DNA of 64,000 bases from Bacteroidota bacterium (GCA_036846145.1 DAIUCM010000001.1:7350-71349); one strand, 5' to 3'. Shown: positions 1 to 11,118, counted from the first letter of the stretch. The notes: generated by a model from the letters alone, not told the origin. Made by a program: numbers and translations.

Positions 1-2201
1 GCTTGGCGTTGTTACATTTGCTACAATAATATTATGCTCAGCAGAAAGATCTAAAAATCTCTCAATTCTACCGCTTGAGTGTTCCGGTCCTTGGCCTTCA
101 TAACCGTGCGGAAGCAGCATAATCAAGCCACTCATACGGTTCCATTTGCTTTCACCTGATGTAATGAACTGGTCGATAATTACCTGCGCACCGTTGGCGA
201 AGTCACCGAATTGTGCTTCCCAGATTGTCAAACCATCCGGGTGACCGATAGAATATCCATATTCAAAACCTAAAACAGCGTACTCGCTAAGGAATGAGTT
301 AAATATTCTGAACTTTCCTTGTTTTTCCTGAATGTGGCTGAGGTTTTTATAAACTTCGCCTGTTACTTCATCGGTAATACCGGCGTGCCTGTGGCTGAAT
401 GTTCCGCGAACAACATCCTGCCCGCTGAAACGAATATCCTCACCTTCTACTAAAATACTTCCGTAAGCCAGCAATTCACCCATAGCCCACGGTAATTTAT
501 TCTGCTCGAAAGCTGTTGCTCTTCGGCCTAATTCATCAACTGCTTTTTTGATCGGTTTAAAACCTTCCGGAATTACAGTTAATGCGCTCGTTATTCTTTT
601 GATTGTATCTAAATCTACAGCCGTTTCAGGAGAAGAATGGAAATCCTCCGGCATAGCTTTACGCAGGTTATCCCATATATGCTCCTGTGGCTGAATGGTA
701 TAAGGAAGCGGCTGCTGTTTCACAGAATTTAGTCGGTCCTGAAGCTGCGACTTAAACTCTTTCTCCATTTGCTTCGCCAGTTCCGCCTCAATCTGCCCGC
801 GCTGAATCAGCTTCTGCGTATAAACCTCTCGTGGATTAGCGTGCTTGGAAATGAGATTGTAAAGGCTTGGCTGTGTGTACTTTGGCTCATCGCTTTCGTT
901 ATGGCCGTGCTTACGGTAGCAAACCATATCAATGTACACATCTTTGTTAAATTCCTGGCGATATAATGTTGCCAGCTCCACCGCGAAAACCACTGCATCG
1001 GCATCGTCGCCGTTTACGTGAATTACCGGTGAGTTTGAAACATGTGCCACACCTGTTGAATACGTCGAAGTTCGTGCTTCATCCCAATCAGTAGTAAAAC
1101 CAATCTGGTTATTTATCACGAAATGAATTGTTCCACCGGTGTAATAGCCCGGCAGCTGGCTCATTTGCGCTATTTCATATACAATTCCCTGGCCGGCAAG
1201 CGCCGCATCACCATGAATTAAAATCGGTAAAATACGATCGTAATCTTCCTCGTAAAGCATGTTGGCCTTGCAACGCGCCAATCCTAAAACTACAGGATCA
1301 ACCGCCTCTAAGTGAGATGGATTTGGAACAAGTTTCAGGTAAACCTTCTTGCCGCTCTCGGTCTTGATTTCGCTGGAAAAACCCATGTGATATTTCACAT
1401 CGCCATCGCCCATGGTTTGGTCCGTCTGATGAATTCCTTCAAACTCGCTGAAAATATATTCATACGTTTTGCAAAGAATATTCGCCAATACGTTCAATCT
1501 ACCACGGTGCGCCATACCGATCAAAACTTCATCCACACCTAATTCTGCCGCTTTATTGATGATCGCATCCAGCGCAGGAATGGTAGTTTCGCCGCCTTCT
1601 AAGGAGAAACGTTTCTGGCCTACATATTTTGTGTGAAGGAAATTTTCGAAAACAACGGCCTCATTCAGCTTAGCTAAAATCCGCTTTTCCTTTTCTATCG
1701 GGTGTTTGATGTTAGCGGCCTGGCTTTCAAACTGTTGCTGAAACCAGCGACGCTCTTCCAGATTTTCGATATGCATATATTCCACACCCAAAGTGCGCGT
1801 GTAAATATTTGCAAGTCTTTCGATTACCTCGTATAATGTTGCGCCTGGCATATTGATATGCTCAGCCGCGGCAAATTTCTTGTTTAAATCTTCCTTCGTT
1901 AAGCCGAAATCTTCTAAAGTTAACTTCGGATGACGATCTTTGCGCTTACGGATCGGGTTGGTATCAGACAACAAATGTCCACGCTGCCTGTATGCGTTAA
2001 TGAGTTGGGCAACAGCAAATTCCTTAGAAACATCGCCGCCTTTAGCCATACCGGCATGGCCGTTTTGAGAAACCGCCAGGTCGTAACCTTCGAAGAACCT
2101 TCTCCAGCCGGCATCCACTGCATCCGGGTTGTTTTTATAGTCAGAATAAATAGATTCTATAAAACTACTGTGTGCATTATTTAAATACGAATAATCTTCC
2201 A
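1..2201 (-). CDS. sucA: 2-oxoglutarate dehydrogenase E1 component (partial; N-terminal ~733 codons, C-terminus beyond window start)
   Basis: Manual minus-strand translation from ATG (complement 2199-2201) reads MEDYSYLNNAHSSFIESIYSDYKNNPDAVDAGWRRFFEGYD...HGDAALAGQGIVYE...MVCYRKHGHNESDEP... with no stop down to position 1. The frame has no in-window stop, so it is absent from the ORF track. Only short spurious ORFs are listed here. Confidence 0.85.
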
Positions 2202-2322
2202 TACGTGAGAAATCTTCACAAATATTGTGCAAATATAGCATATTTGAAAAGGTTTTCAGGCTTAAAACGTACTAATTATAATACGTAAAAATCAGCAGCC
2301 CGTTTACACAGAAAATAACCTA

Positions 2323-3621
2323 ATGCGAGCCACCTTTACCATAGAAAACACATCCGTTTTTAAACGCAAACTACTCACTTTTTTGCAGCGCGAGCCGATT
2401 TATGCTTTATACAATTCCAACGATTTTTACAAGGATAAAGATTTGTCTTCGCGGCCATATTATCATTCCCACGATCTGCTTTGTGCTTTCGGTGTAAAAC
2501 GTGAAATTATAGCCGATAATGAAGCATTTTTCGACAAACTGATATATGCGCGCAAAACGCAAAGCTGGCTTTTCGGCTTTTTGGGTTACGATTTGAAAAA
2601 CGAAGTAGAAGACTTACAATCAAACAATTACGATGGCACCGAAATGCCGGATGCGTATTTTTTTGAGCCCGAAACGGTGTTGCTGTTGAATGAAAATCAA
2701 TTAACCATCTCAACTCAAAGCATTTTTTCACCAATTGATATATGGAAATCTATTTCTGAAGCTGATGAACTTGAAATTCAAGCCAATAAAAACCCTATAA
2801 AGCTCAAAAACCGCTTAAGCAAAGCAGAATATATTTCTAATGTAGAAAAGCTAAAAAATCATATTGTAGAAGGCGATATTTATGAAGTGAATTTTTGCCA
2901 GGAGTTTTATGCTGAAGATGCCGAAATTCATCCTGAACAATTATTTGCGCGAATCAACCAGCTTTCACCTCAGCCTTTTTCTGGCTTATTGAAATTGCAA
3001 GATAAATATGTGATCTGCGCCAGCATGGAGCGTTTCCTGAAAAAAGAAGGCAACAAACTCATTTCCCAACCTATTAAAGGAACCATCCGCCGCGGAAAAA
3101 CACCTGAAGAAGATTTAGAACTTCAAAAACAACTTGCCGAAGATGAAAAAGAGCGAGCTGAAAATATTATGATCGTGGATCTGGTTCGTAATGATCTCGC
3201 GCGTAGTTCACAATCCGGTTCTGTAAAAGTGGAAGAGCTTTGCGGTGTTTATGATTTCCCTTTGGTTCACCAGATGATCTCGACCGTTACATCTACTCTT
3301 CGCCCGGAAATTCCATATATAAATGCTATTAAAAATGCTTTTCCCATGGGTTCCATGACCGGCGCACCCAAAGTTCGAACCATGCAACTTATCGAGGAAT
3401 ATGAAAAAACTAAACGTGGCTTGTATTCCGGCGCTATCGGCTATTTCGCTCCAGATGATGATTTTGATTTTAATGTTGTGATTCGCTCTTTCATATATAA
3501 TCAAGCCAAAAAATACTTAAGCCTGCATGTTGGTTCTGCCATAACTTTTGATTCGGATGCGGAAAGGGAGTTTGAGGAATGCCAGATGAAGATTAGAGGG
3601 TTATTGCGGGCGTTGGAGTAA
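2323..3621 (+). CDS. pabB: chorismate-binding enzyme, aminodeoxychorismate/anthranilate synthase component I family
   Basis: 432-aa ORF with the chorismate-utilising C-terminal signature ...AFPMGSMTGAPKVRTMQLIEEYE...RGLYSGAIGYF... Confidence 0.75.
   Translation: MRATFTIENTSVFKRKLLTFLQREPIYALYNSNDFYKDKDLSSRPYYHSHDLLCAFGVKREIIADNEAFFDKLIYARKTQSWLFGFLGYDLKNEVEDLQSNNYDGTEMPDAYFFEPETVLLLNENQLTISTQSIFSPIDIWKSISEADELEIQANKNPIKLKNRLSKAEYISNVEKLKNHIVEGDIYEVNFCQEFYAEDAEIHPEQLFARINQLSPQPFSGLLKLQDKYVICASMERFLKKEGNKLISQPIKGTIRRGKTPEEDLELQKQLAEDEKERAENIMIVDLVRNDLARSSQSGSVKVEELCGVYDFPLVHQMISTVTSTLRPEIPYINAIKNAFPMGSMTGAPKVRTMQLIEEYEKTKRGLYSGAIGYFAPDDDFDFNVVIRSFIYNQAKKYLSLHVGSAITFDSDAEREFEECQMKIRGLLRALE
3491..3621 (+). 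repeat. direct repeat copy 1 (intact 3' end of pabB) matching 7651-7781
   Basis: Manual alignment of 3491-3621 against 7651-7781 gives 111/131 identities with no indels. Weaker similarity continues ~20 nt past the stop with an indel. Confidence 0.8.
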
Positions 3622-3708
3622 ATCGTATCTCAAAAATAATTTTTACAGCGTCATGGTTTGGCGTTGTGGTCGAATATTTTTGAAAGAAATTTTCGAAACT
3701 GATTTCCT

Positions 3709-3736
3709 CATATATGTTAGACCTAAAAAATGCTTT
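3709..3736 (+). repeat. bipartite motif copy CATATATG-N13-ATGCTTT, 32 nt upstream of the GmrSD-like gene
   Basis: ctCATATATGttagacctaaaaaATGCTTTaa. Confidence 0.7.
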
Positions 3737-3767
3737 AAATTGTGAAAAATAAATTATCAAAAACTAA

Positions 3768-5537
3768 ATGGAAACCCAATCAAACAACACATTCTCAATT
3801 AAGGCAAAAACTTGCACTTTAAAACTTAAAAGCCAAGAAGATGGCGACACAATTTTAGGCAAAAATGTCAAGTACGTTATTCCAATTTACCAACGACCTT
3901 ATTCATGGAAAGAAGAACAAATCAGGAAGTTCATCTCAGATATATTTAATTCTTTCTGGGGAACTGATGGCGATTCGGAATCTGAAGCTATGTTTATCGG
4001 AACAATGCAGTTGTCTGACGCGAAAGAGATTATTGATGGACAGCAAAGACTTACAACCTTTCTATTGCTTTTAAAAGTTTTAAAACAGAATTATCCAGAT
4101 TGCAGCCAATTAAAAGATATAACTTTAGATTGGTTGAATACCAAAGTGAACAGCGGAGAACAACAACTATATTTAAATGAAGTAATTTCAAGTAATTTAA
4201 CTTTAAATGATGAAACACTGAATCCGTATTTAAAAAATGCTTATTTAATTAATGAGCTGATTGAGGAAGAAATTAAAGACGAAGAAGGAAATTACTTAAA
4301 CTTTGATATTGATAAGTTTTCTAATCATTTACTGAGCAACATCTATTTCGTTGTAATTGAAACACGTGCCGGATTATCAAAAACGCTGCAAATCTTCAAT
4401 GCAATAAATACAACAGGTCTAGATTTAAACGGCGGAGATATTTTTAAAATAAGAATGTACGAATACCTGAAAGATAAAAAAGGTAAAGATGAAACGGCTT
4501 TTGAAGATATTAGCAGGCTTTATCAAAAAATTGACCAACTGAATGCGGAACTAAAAGATAATGTAACGGACATGCACGGCATTCTAAATATTTACCAGTA
4601 CATTTTGATAGCAAAATTTAATTTGCCTACTGTACTTTATAACTATGCTACTGATGTTTTCTTTGAACACTTATTTGATAGCATATTCAACATAAACCAG
4701 TGGAATCATTTCAGCAATGTGAAAAATGTTGAGCTTTCAATTAATGAAATAGACAGAATAATAGATGCCAGATTTGATTGGGAACGAAAATGGTATGCAA
4801 AAGCTGAAGACATGGGATGCTATAAATTAATGGCGACATCTCGATACGGCAAATATTGCGATGTTTTACCAACAATATTACTTTTTGCTGATAAAAATGC
4901 CGATAGATTCTATTTCACACGACAGTTAAGTAAAGTTTATGCAATTTACAGTATTCGCTTCTTAAAAGCTGTAAATGAAATTCATCGGTTTACATACTCT
5001 CTCATTAAAGATATTCTTAACAAGCCTTTTGAGGAAATAATGCGAACTATAAACCAAAAGATCGGTAAACCTGAAGATCATAATCAAGGATGGTACGATT
5101 TAAATTGGTTTTTGTCTGAGAACCTAACAGAAAATGATAAAAGAAAGAAACTGATTTGTCGCCTATCTGCATTACTAGAGGAAAACTATCAAACTGAAGA
5201 TCAGAAAGAAATTGAGAACCTAAAAGATAAACTTTTTCATAACGACATAGATATCGAACATATCCAATCTTATCACGACAGAGATGGCAACAAAAGAGAA
5301 GATGTTTGGAATGAATGGAAAGAGGCAATAAATTCAATTGGAAACTTAATGGTTTTAGAATCAAGATTAAATCGTTCAATCAGTAATAAACCATATAATG
5401 AAAAACTGGTAAGATACCCGGAAAGCGCATATAAAATTGCACGTAAACAGACAGAATTAGCGGAATGGAATCTGAAAAAATGTCTTGAACGCAAAGAAAA
5501 AGAAACAATGAAAATTGTAGTATATCTTTTCAGTTAA
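3768..5537 (+). CDS. GmrSD-family single-chain nuclease (N-terminal DUF262/ParB-like NTPase with DGQQR motif; C-terminal DUF1524 His-Me finger), putative type IV modification-dependent restriction/defence enzyme
   Basis: 589-aa ORF. N-terminal ...IPIYQRPYSWKEEQIRKFISDI...IIDGQQRLTTFLLLLKVL... matches DUF262. C-terminal ...DIDIEHIQSYHDRDGN...WNEWKEAINSIGNLMVLESRLNRSISNKPY... matches DUF1524/HNH-like. The gene is markedly more AT-rich than flanking housekeeping genes. Confidence 0.8.
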   Translation: METQSNNTFSIKAKTCTLKLKSQEDGDTILGKNVKYVIPIYQRPYSWKEEQIRKFISDIFNSFWGTDGDSESEAMFIGTMQLSDAKEIIDGQQRLTTFLLLLKVLKQNYPDCSQLKDITLDWLNTKVNSGEQQLYLNEVISSNLTLNDETLNPYLKNAYLINELIEEEIKDEEGNYLNFDIDKFSNHLLSNIYFVVIETRAGLSKTLQIFNAINTTGLDLNGGDIFKIRMYEYLKDKKGKDETAFEDISRLYQKIDQLNAELKDNVTDMHGILNIYQYILIAKFNLPTVLYNYATDVFFEHLFDSIFNINQWNHFSNVKNVELSINEIDRIIDARFDWERKWYAKAEDMGCYKLMATSRYGKYCDVLPTILLFADKNADRFYFTRQLSKVYAIYSIRFLKAVNEIHRFTYSLIKDILNKPFEEIMRTINQKIGKPEDHNQGWYDLNWFLSENLTENDKRKKLICRLSALLEENYQTEDQKEIENLKDKLFHNDIDIEHIQSYHDRDGNKREDVWNEWKEAINSIGNLMVLESRLNRSISNKPYNEKLVRYPESAYKIARKQTELAEWNLKKCLERKEKETMKIVVYLFS

Positions 5538-5558
5538 TCAACCATACATTTCACCAAC

Positions 5559-6974
5559 TTGTCTAAACGAGGCTACATATCCCGCTATTTGCTGATTCTG
5601 AAAAAGCTAAAAGCAAAAAAGTATTGTTCTTTCGAGGAGCTGCAAAGCTATATTACCGACCAGTTGCATTACCTGCAAATGCATGACGATTCACTGCACA
5701 TTGGTTTTTCACCGAGAACTTTACAGCGGGATATTGGTGAAATCAGCAAAACTTTCGGGATTTATATTGAATATTGTCGGAAGGCAAAAGGCTATTTCAT
5801 CAGTTCTACGCAGGCAGAAAACATGAATTTCATGCGGATGGTAGAAGCTTTCGATATGTTCAACACTTTAAAAACGGTAGAAGACCTTTCACCATATGTT
5901 CATTTCGAGAAGCGGAAACCGCAAGGCACTGAACATTTTGCACCGGCGCTGGAAGCCATTCAGAAACAAAAAGTTATAAACTTCCAGTATTTTAAATTCG
6001 AGGAAGAAGAAGCGCGGGAAAGAACAGTGAAGCCATTGCTGCTGAAAGAATTCAAAAGCCGCTGGTATATTGTGGCGCAGGAAATGGGCGTTAATAAGAT
6101 AAAAACTTTCGGGCTTGACAGAATTTCCGAGCTTGTATTAACGCAGGAATCTTTTGAAAAACCACAGGATTTTAACGCGGAAGCATTTTTTGCCAATTGT
6201 TTCGGCATCATTAATCAGCCCAATGCGTACCCTGAAAATATCATTCTCTCATTCACAAAACTCCAGGGACAATACATTAAAACTTTTCCGCTACACGAAA
6301 CCCAGCAAATTTTAACGGACAATGAATTCCAAATCAAGATAAAGCTGCGCTTACATATTACGCACGATTTACTGATGGAATTACTTTCTTTCGGAGAAAA
6401 TGTGGAAGTTATATCACCTTTCAGCCTGCAGCAAGAATTGTACAATATCCACCAGAAATGCCTGCGCAAATACGATGTTTTCAGTGATGCCAATATTCAA
6501 AAATCTAAAGCTGAAAATATTTTAAAAACACTAAACAGGTTATTTTACAGCACTTTACAAATCAGCGATTACGGCAGCGAGCGATTCAGATTAAATGCCA
6601 ACCGATTCCGCGAATTGATCAACGCAGCGCAAAACTACAATATGGTTTTCAAGGAAGCGCCGCTTGAAAATGTAATGGTTGATCTGAAAAATCTACCGCA
6701 AGCAGCAATAAAACTTCTAACGCAAATCAACGAAATAAAAGCAAATCGACTGGAAGCTGCGGAAACTAACGATTTTGAATTAGCTGCCAAATTGCGCGAC
6801 CGGGAAAAACCGCTGATGCAGAAGTTATTCACCGATTATTATAGCCAAGGCTTTAAATATTTCAATGCTTCGGCTTATAAACCCAATATTATCCGGTTTT
6901 CATATACCGGCCATCCATTAGATTATTTATTGTACAAAGCCATCCAACGGCAGCCGCAATTGCAGGATTTCTAA
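5559..6974 (+). CDS. wHTH-WYL-WCX transcriptional regulator (BrxR/CapW-like) with ~160-aa C-terminal extension containing a UVR (UvrB/UvrC-type) motif
   Basis: 471-aa ORF 21 nt downstream of the nuclease gene. N-terminal wHTH: ...YCSFEELQSYITDQ...SPRTLQRDIGEI... WYL core: ...YQYFKFEEEEARERTVKPLLLKEFKSRWYIVAQEMGVNKIKTFGLDRISEL... WCX-like segment: ...LLMELLSFGENVEVISPF... C-terminal UVR motif: ...NDFELAAKLRDREKPLMQK... Confidence 0.7.
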   Translation: MSKRGYISRYLLILKKLKAKKYCSFEELQSYITDQLHYLQMHDDSLHIGFSPRTLQRDIGEISKTFGIYIEYCRKAKGYFISSTQAENMNFMRMVEAFDMFNTLKTVEDLSPYVHFEKRKPQGTEHFAPALEAIQKQKVINFQYFKFEEEEARERTVKPLLLKEFKSRWYIVAQEMGVNKIKTFGLDRISELVLTQESFEKPQDFNAEAFFANCFGIINQPNAYPENIILSFTKLQGQYIKTFPLHETQQILTDNEFQIKIKLRLHITHDLLMELLSFGENVEVISPFSLQQELYNIHQKCLRKYDVFSDANIQKSKAENILKTLNRLFYSTLQISDYGSERFRLNANRFRELINAAQNYNMVFKEAPLENVMVDLKNLPQAAIKLLTQINEIKANRLEAAETNDFELAAKLRDREKPLMQKLFTDYYSQGFKYFNASAYKPNIIRFSYTGHPLDYLLYKAIQRQPQLQDF

Positions 6975-6998
6975 AACAAAGGTCACAACAGCTCTTCG

Positions 6999-7027
6999 CC
7001 ATATATGCCATTGATAAGAAATGCTTT
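6999..7027 (+). repeat. bipartite motif copy between WYL regulator and yefM
   Basis: cCATATATGccattgataagaaATGCTTTaa. Confidence 0.7.
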
Positions 7028-7089
7028 AAACGTTACACGAACCTTTCTGTACAATATTTCGTACATTTGAAAGTACAAGTTTGTAAATT

Positions 7090-7344
7090 ATGAAAGCAGT
7101 TACGATTTCATCGCTCAGGAATAAAATGAAAGAATACTTTGACGCAGTTAGCAAATCGCAGGAAGTAATTGTAGTTCCGAGAAATAGCAATGACGATGAT
7201 GCGGTTGTAATTATTTCAATAAAAGAATATAACTCGCTAATTGAAACGGAACATCTGCTTTCGACAAAATCAAACAGGCAAAGGCTGCAGGAATCTATAA
7301 ATCAAGCAAAAAGCGGCGAAACAGTTCCTTTTAATTTAGATTAA
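7090..7344 (+). CDS. yefM: type II antitoxin, Phd/YefM family
   Basis: 84-aa [73 protein letters not shown]... The fold and length are typical of YefM. It sits 9 nt upstream of a yoeB-like frame. Confidence 0.85.
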   Translation: MKAVTISSLRNKMKEYFDAVSKSQEVIVVPRNSNDDDAVVIISIKEYNSLIETEHLLSTKSNRQRLQESINQAKSGETVPFNLD

Positions 7345-7353
7345 CGTATCGCC

Positions 7354-7631
7354 ATGAATATAGAATTCACTGCGCATGCATGGGAAGAGTTTATTTATTG
7401 GCTGGAAACAGATATAGAAATTGCGAATAAGATTAAAGAACTGCTGAGATCCATACGCCAAAGTCATTCCAGGGAATCGGGAAACCAGAACCATTAAAAT
7501 ATTATTTGAAAGGTTATTGGTCGAGAAGAATAACTGCAGAACACCGATTGGTTTATACTGTGATTGGCAAGAAAAGTGAAAATCAAAAGTGTCTCATCAT
7601 CCAATGCAAATACCATTATGACGATAAATAA
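7354..7631 (+). pseudogene. yoeB: YoeB-family toxin, frameshifted (single-base deletion near 7463)
   Basis: Frame A from ATG 7354 gives MNIEFTAHAWEEFIYWLETDIEIANKIKELLRSIRQS then runs out of frame to a stop at 7499-7501. The -1/+2 frame continues (S)FQGIGKPEPLKYYLKGYWSRRITAEHRLVYTVIGKKSENQKCLIIQCKYHYDDK to a stop at 7629-7631. Restoring one C in agtcattcc to agtccattcc yields a contiguous YoeB-like protein. Confidence 0.75.
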
Positions 7632-7650
7632 AAAAGCATATATTACTTCA

Positions 7651-7781
7651 TCATATATAATCAGCACAAAAAATACTTAAGCCTGAATGTTATTTCTGCC
7701 ATTACTTTTGATGCGAATGCAGAAAAGGAGTTTGAGGAATGCCAGGTGTAGATTAGAGGGCTATTGAGAACACTGGAATAA
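7651..7781 (+). repeat. direct repeat copy 2 (degenerate, non-coding remnant of pabB 3' end)
   Basis: 85% identical to 3491-3621 at a constant offset of 4160 nt. The pabB reading frame is interrupted here by stops (..aat act taa gcc tga..). Confidence 0.8.
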
Positions 7782-7819
7782 TAAATTTTGACGTCAATCG
7801 TTAAAGTTAAAACTACAGC

Positions 7820-8212
7820 ATGAATTTAAATCTATCAGAGTCTATAAAATCTCACCCATATTATAAATTTCTAGTAAAACTACTTTTTATAATTCAACTA
7901 ATTACCGGATTAGTATTACTAATAGCTGATTTGGTTTGGAGTTATTTTATAATAAAAGGTTTAAATTATTTAGGGCATTTACCGGAATATGGTGATACTG
8001 AAATAATTTCATTTGATGGTCTTGATAGAATAATACTTATTTACTCAACAGTCTTTATGGTTTGGGGGCTTATAATTTGGAGTATTGGTTTCACACTAAA
8101 CATTATTTTTAAATTATATCGCATTAATAAATTGATTTACGTTGGATTAATTGCTTTTGCTTTTAATCTGATCATTTTATTTAGTCCGTCTTTTGCGTGG
8201 GCTTTAGATTAA
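7820..8212 (+). CDS. hypothetical small integral membrane protein (3-4 predicted TM helices)
   Basis: 130-aa ORF with strongly hydrophobic segments (LLFIIQLITGLVLLIADLVW; VFMVWGLIIWSIGFTLNIIF; YVGLIAFAFNLIILF). AT-rich. No recognisable family. Confidence 0.45.
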   Translation: MNLNLSESIKSHPYYKFLVKLLFIIQLITGLVLLIADLVWSYFIIKGLNYLGHLPEYGDTEIISFDGLDRIILIYSTVFMVWGLIIWSIGFTLNIIFKLYRINKLIYVGLIAFAFNLIILFSPSFAWALD

Positions 8213-8275
8213 AACAAAAAGCACATACAACTTTCGCCATATGTGCCTTTGCTAAAAAATGCTTTATAGAGAAAT

Positions 8276-8560
8276 CTACTCTTCTACGATAAAAACTTCC
8301 TCGTTATCTTTCTTCATGAAATAACGCTCGCGGGCAAATTTTTCCAGGTTTTCTTCGTTGCTGAAAAGCTCATCGCGGCTTTTGGAAACTTCCTGGATTT
8401 TTTGCTCATAATACGCGCGTTCATCTTGCATTTTGTGCAGATCAACGGTATCTTTTATCCGGCGAATCACATTATACCTGTCGAAAAACCCGATCCACAC
8501 CACCATAATAGCAGTGAAGATCACATATTTGTTTTTTATCCAGTACAACACTTTTGCCAT
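8276..8560 (-). CDS. septum formation initiator family protein (FtsB/DivIC-like)
   Basis: 94-aa ORF with an N-terminal TM helix (VIFTAIMVVWIGFF) followed by a coiled-coil segment. Lies immediately downstream of eno, the usual eno-ftsB arrangement. Confidence 0.65.
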   Translation of the reverse strand: MAKVLYWIKNKYVIFTAIMVVWIGFFDRYNVIRRIKDTVDLHKMQDERAYYEQKIQEVSKSRDELFSNEENLEKFARERYFMKKDNEEVFIVEE

Positions 8561-8572
8561 ATCTCAAATATA

Positions 8573-9901
<1,329 letters not shown>

Positions 9902-9996
9902 TTATTAATGATTGAATGACTGAGGGATTGAATGATTGAATATTTAAGTCTTTATTTTCAATTCTCATATATCATTCGTTCGAAAAATGCTTTGAT

Positions 9997-11115
9997 TTAT
10001 GAATTGATCATCTTAATAAAATCATCGAAAAGATAACCTGCATCATGTGGGCCAGGAGCAGCTTCCGGGTGATATTGCACACTAAATGCTTTTTTAGTTT
10101 TATGCCTGATTCCTTCTACAGAATTATCATTCAGGTTGATATGCGTAACTTCCACATCAGGCGTATTGGCAACATCCTCTGCAATAACACCAAAACCATG
10201 ATTTTGAGAAGTGATCTCGCAATGGCCGGTGATTAAATTCTTAACAGGATGATTTAATCCCCTATGGCCATTATGCAATTTGTATGTTCCTATACCGAAA
10301 GTTTGTGCCAAAATCTGGTGACCAAGACAAATCCCAAATAAAGGCTGATCATCATCCACAACTTTCTTGGTCGTTTCTACAGCGTAAGGCATTGCTGCCG
10401 GATCGCCAGGACCATTTGAAATGAAATAACCATGCGGATTCCATGCTTTCATTTCCTCATATTTGGTATGCGCCGGAAATACCTTCAGGTAACAATCTCT
10501 TTGCAGGAAATTCTCAAGAATATTTTGCTTCACGCCTAGATCAAGAACTGCAACTCTGTATGTAGCATCCGGATTGCCCATAAAATATGGTTCTTGAGTA
10601 GATACATCCGTTGAAAGCTCCAACCCTTCCATAGATGGTGTTTGGTTGAGAATTTCTTTCAGCTTTTCAATATCTGTTTCCTCAGAAGAAATCACAGCAT
10701 TCATCGCACCTTTATCCCTAATATAATTCACTAATGCACGCGTATCAACATCCGCTATAGCAATTATATTGTTTTCAAGAAAAAAATCCTGCAGTGAAGA
10801 ATCAGCCATTTTCCTTGAATATCCATTATTGAAATTACGGCAAACCAAACCTGCAATTTTTACATCACCGCTCTGATTTTCGACTTTCCTGATACCATAG
10901 TTACCAATGTGAACATTAGTTGTTACCATGATTTGGCCAAAATAGCTTGGATCGGTAAATACTTCCTGGTAACCGGTCATTCCGGTATTAAAGCAAATCT
11001 CACCGGTAGTTGTACCTATTTTACCGGCTGCTTTACCGTGAAAAACTTTTCCATCTGCTAAAAGAAGGACTGCTGTTTTTTCTTCGAAAACTTTCATTGT
11101 GCAAAGATATTTCAA
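9997..11115 (-). CDS. carA: carbamoyl-phosphate synthase small subunit (glutamine amidotransferase)
   Basis: 372 aa. N-terminal CPSase small-chain domain plus class-I GATase with ...LFGICLGHQ... catalytic Cys. Confidence 0.9.
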   Translation of the reverse strand: MKYLCTMKVFEEKTAVLLLADGKVFHGKAAGKIGTTTGEICFNTGMTGYQEVFTDPSYFGQIMVTTNVHIGNYGIRKVENQSGDVKIAGLVCRNFNNGYSRKMADSSLQDFFLENNIIAIADVDTRALVNYIRDKGAMNAVISSEETDIEKLKEILNQTPSMEGLELSTDVSTQEPYFMGNPDATYRVAVLDLGVKQNILENFLQRDCYLKVFPAHTKYEEMKAWNPHGYFISNGPGDPAAMPYAVETTKKVVDDDQPLFGICLGHQILAQTFGIGTYKLHNGHRGLNHPVKNLITGHCEITSQNHGFGVIAEDVANTPDVEVTHINLNDNSVEGIRHKTKKAFSVQYHPEAAPGPHDAGYLFDDFIKMINS

Positions 11116-11118
11116 AAA

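Noticed and set aside
769-2184. Six short ORFs (64-84 aa) in the first 2.2 kb
   Set aside because: All lie inside or antisense to the long uninterrupted sucA frame (1-2201, minus strand), which reads as bona fide 2-oxoglutarate dehydrogenase E1.
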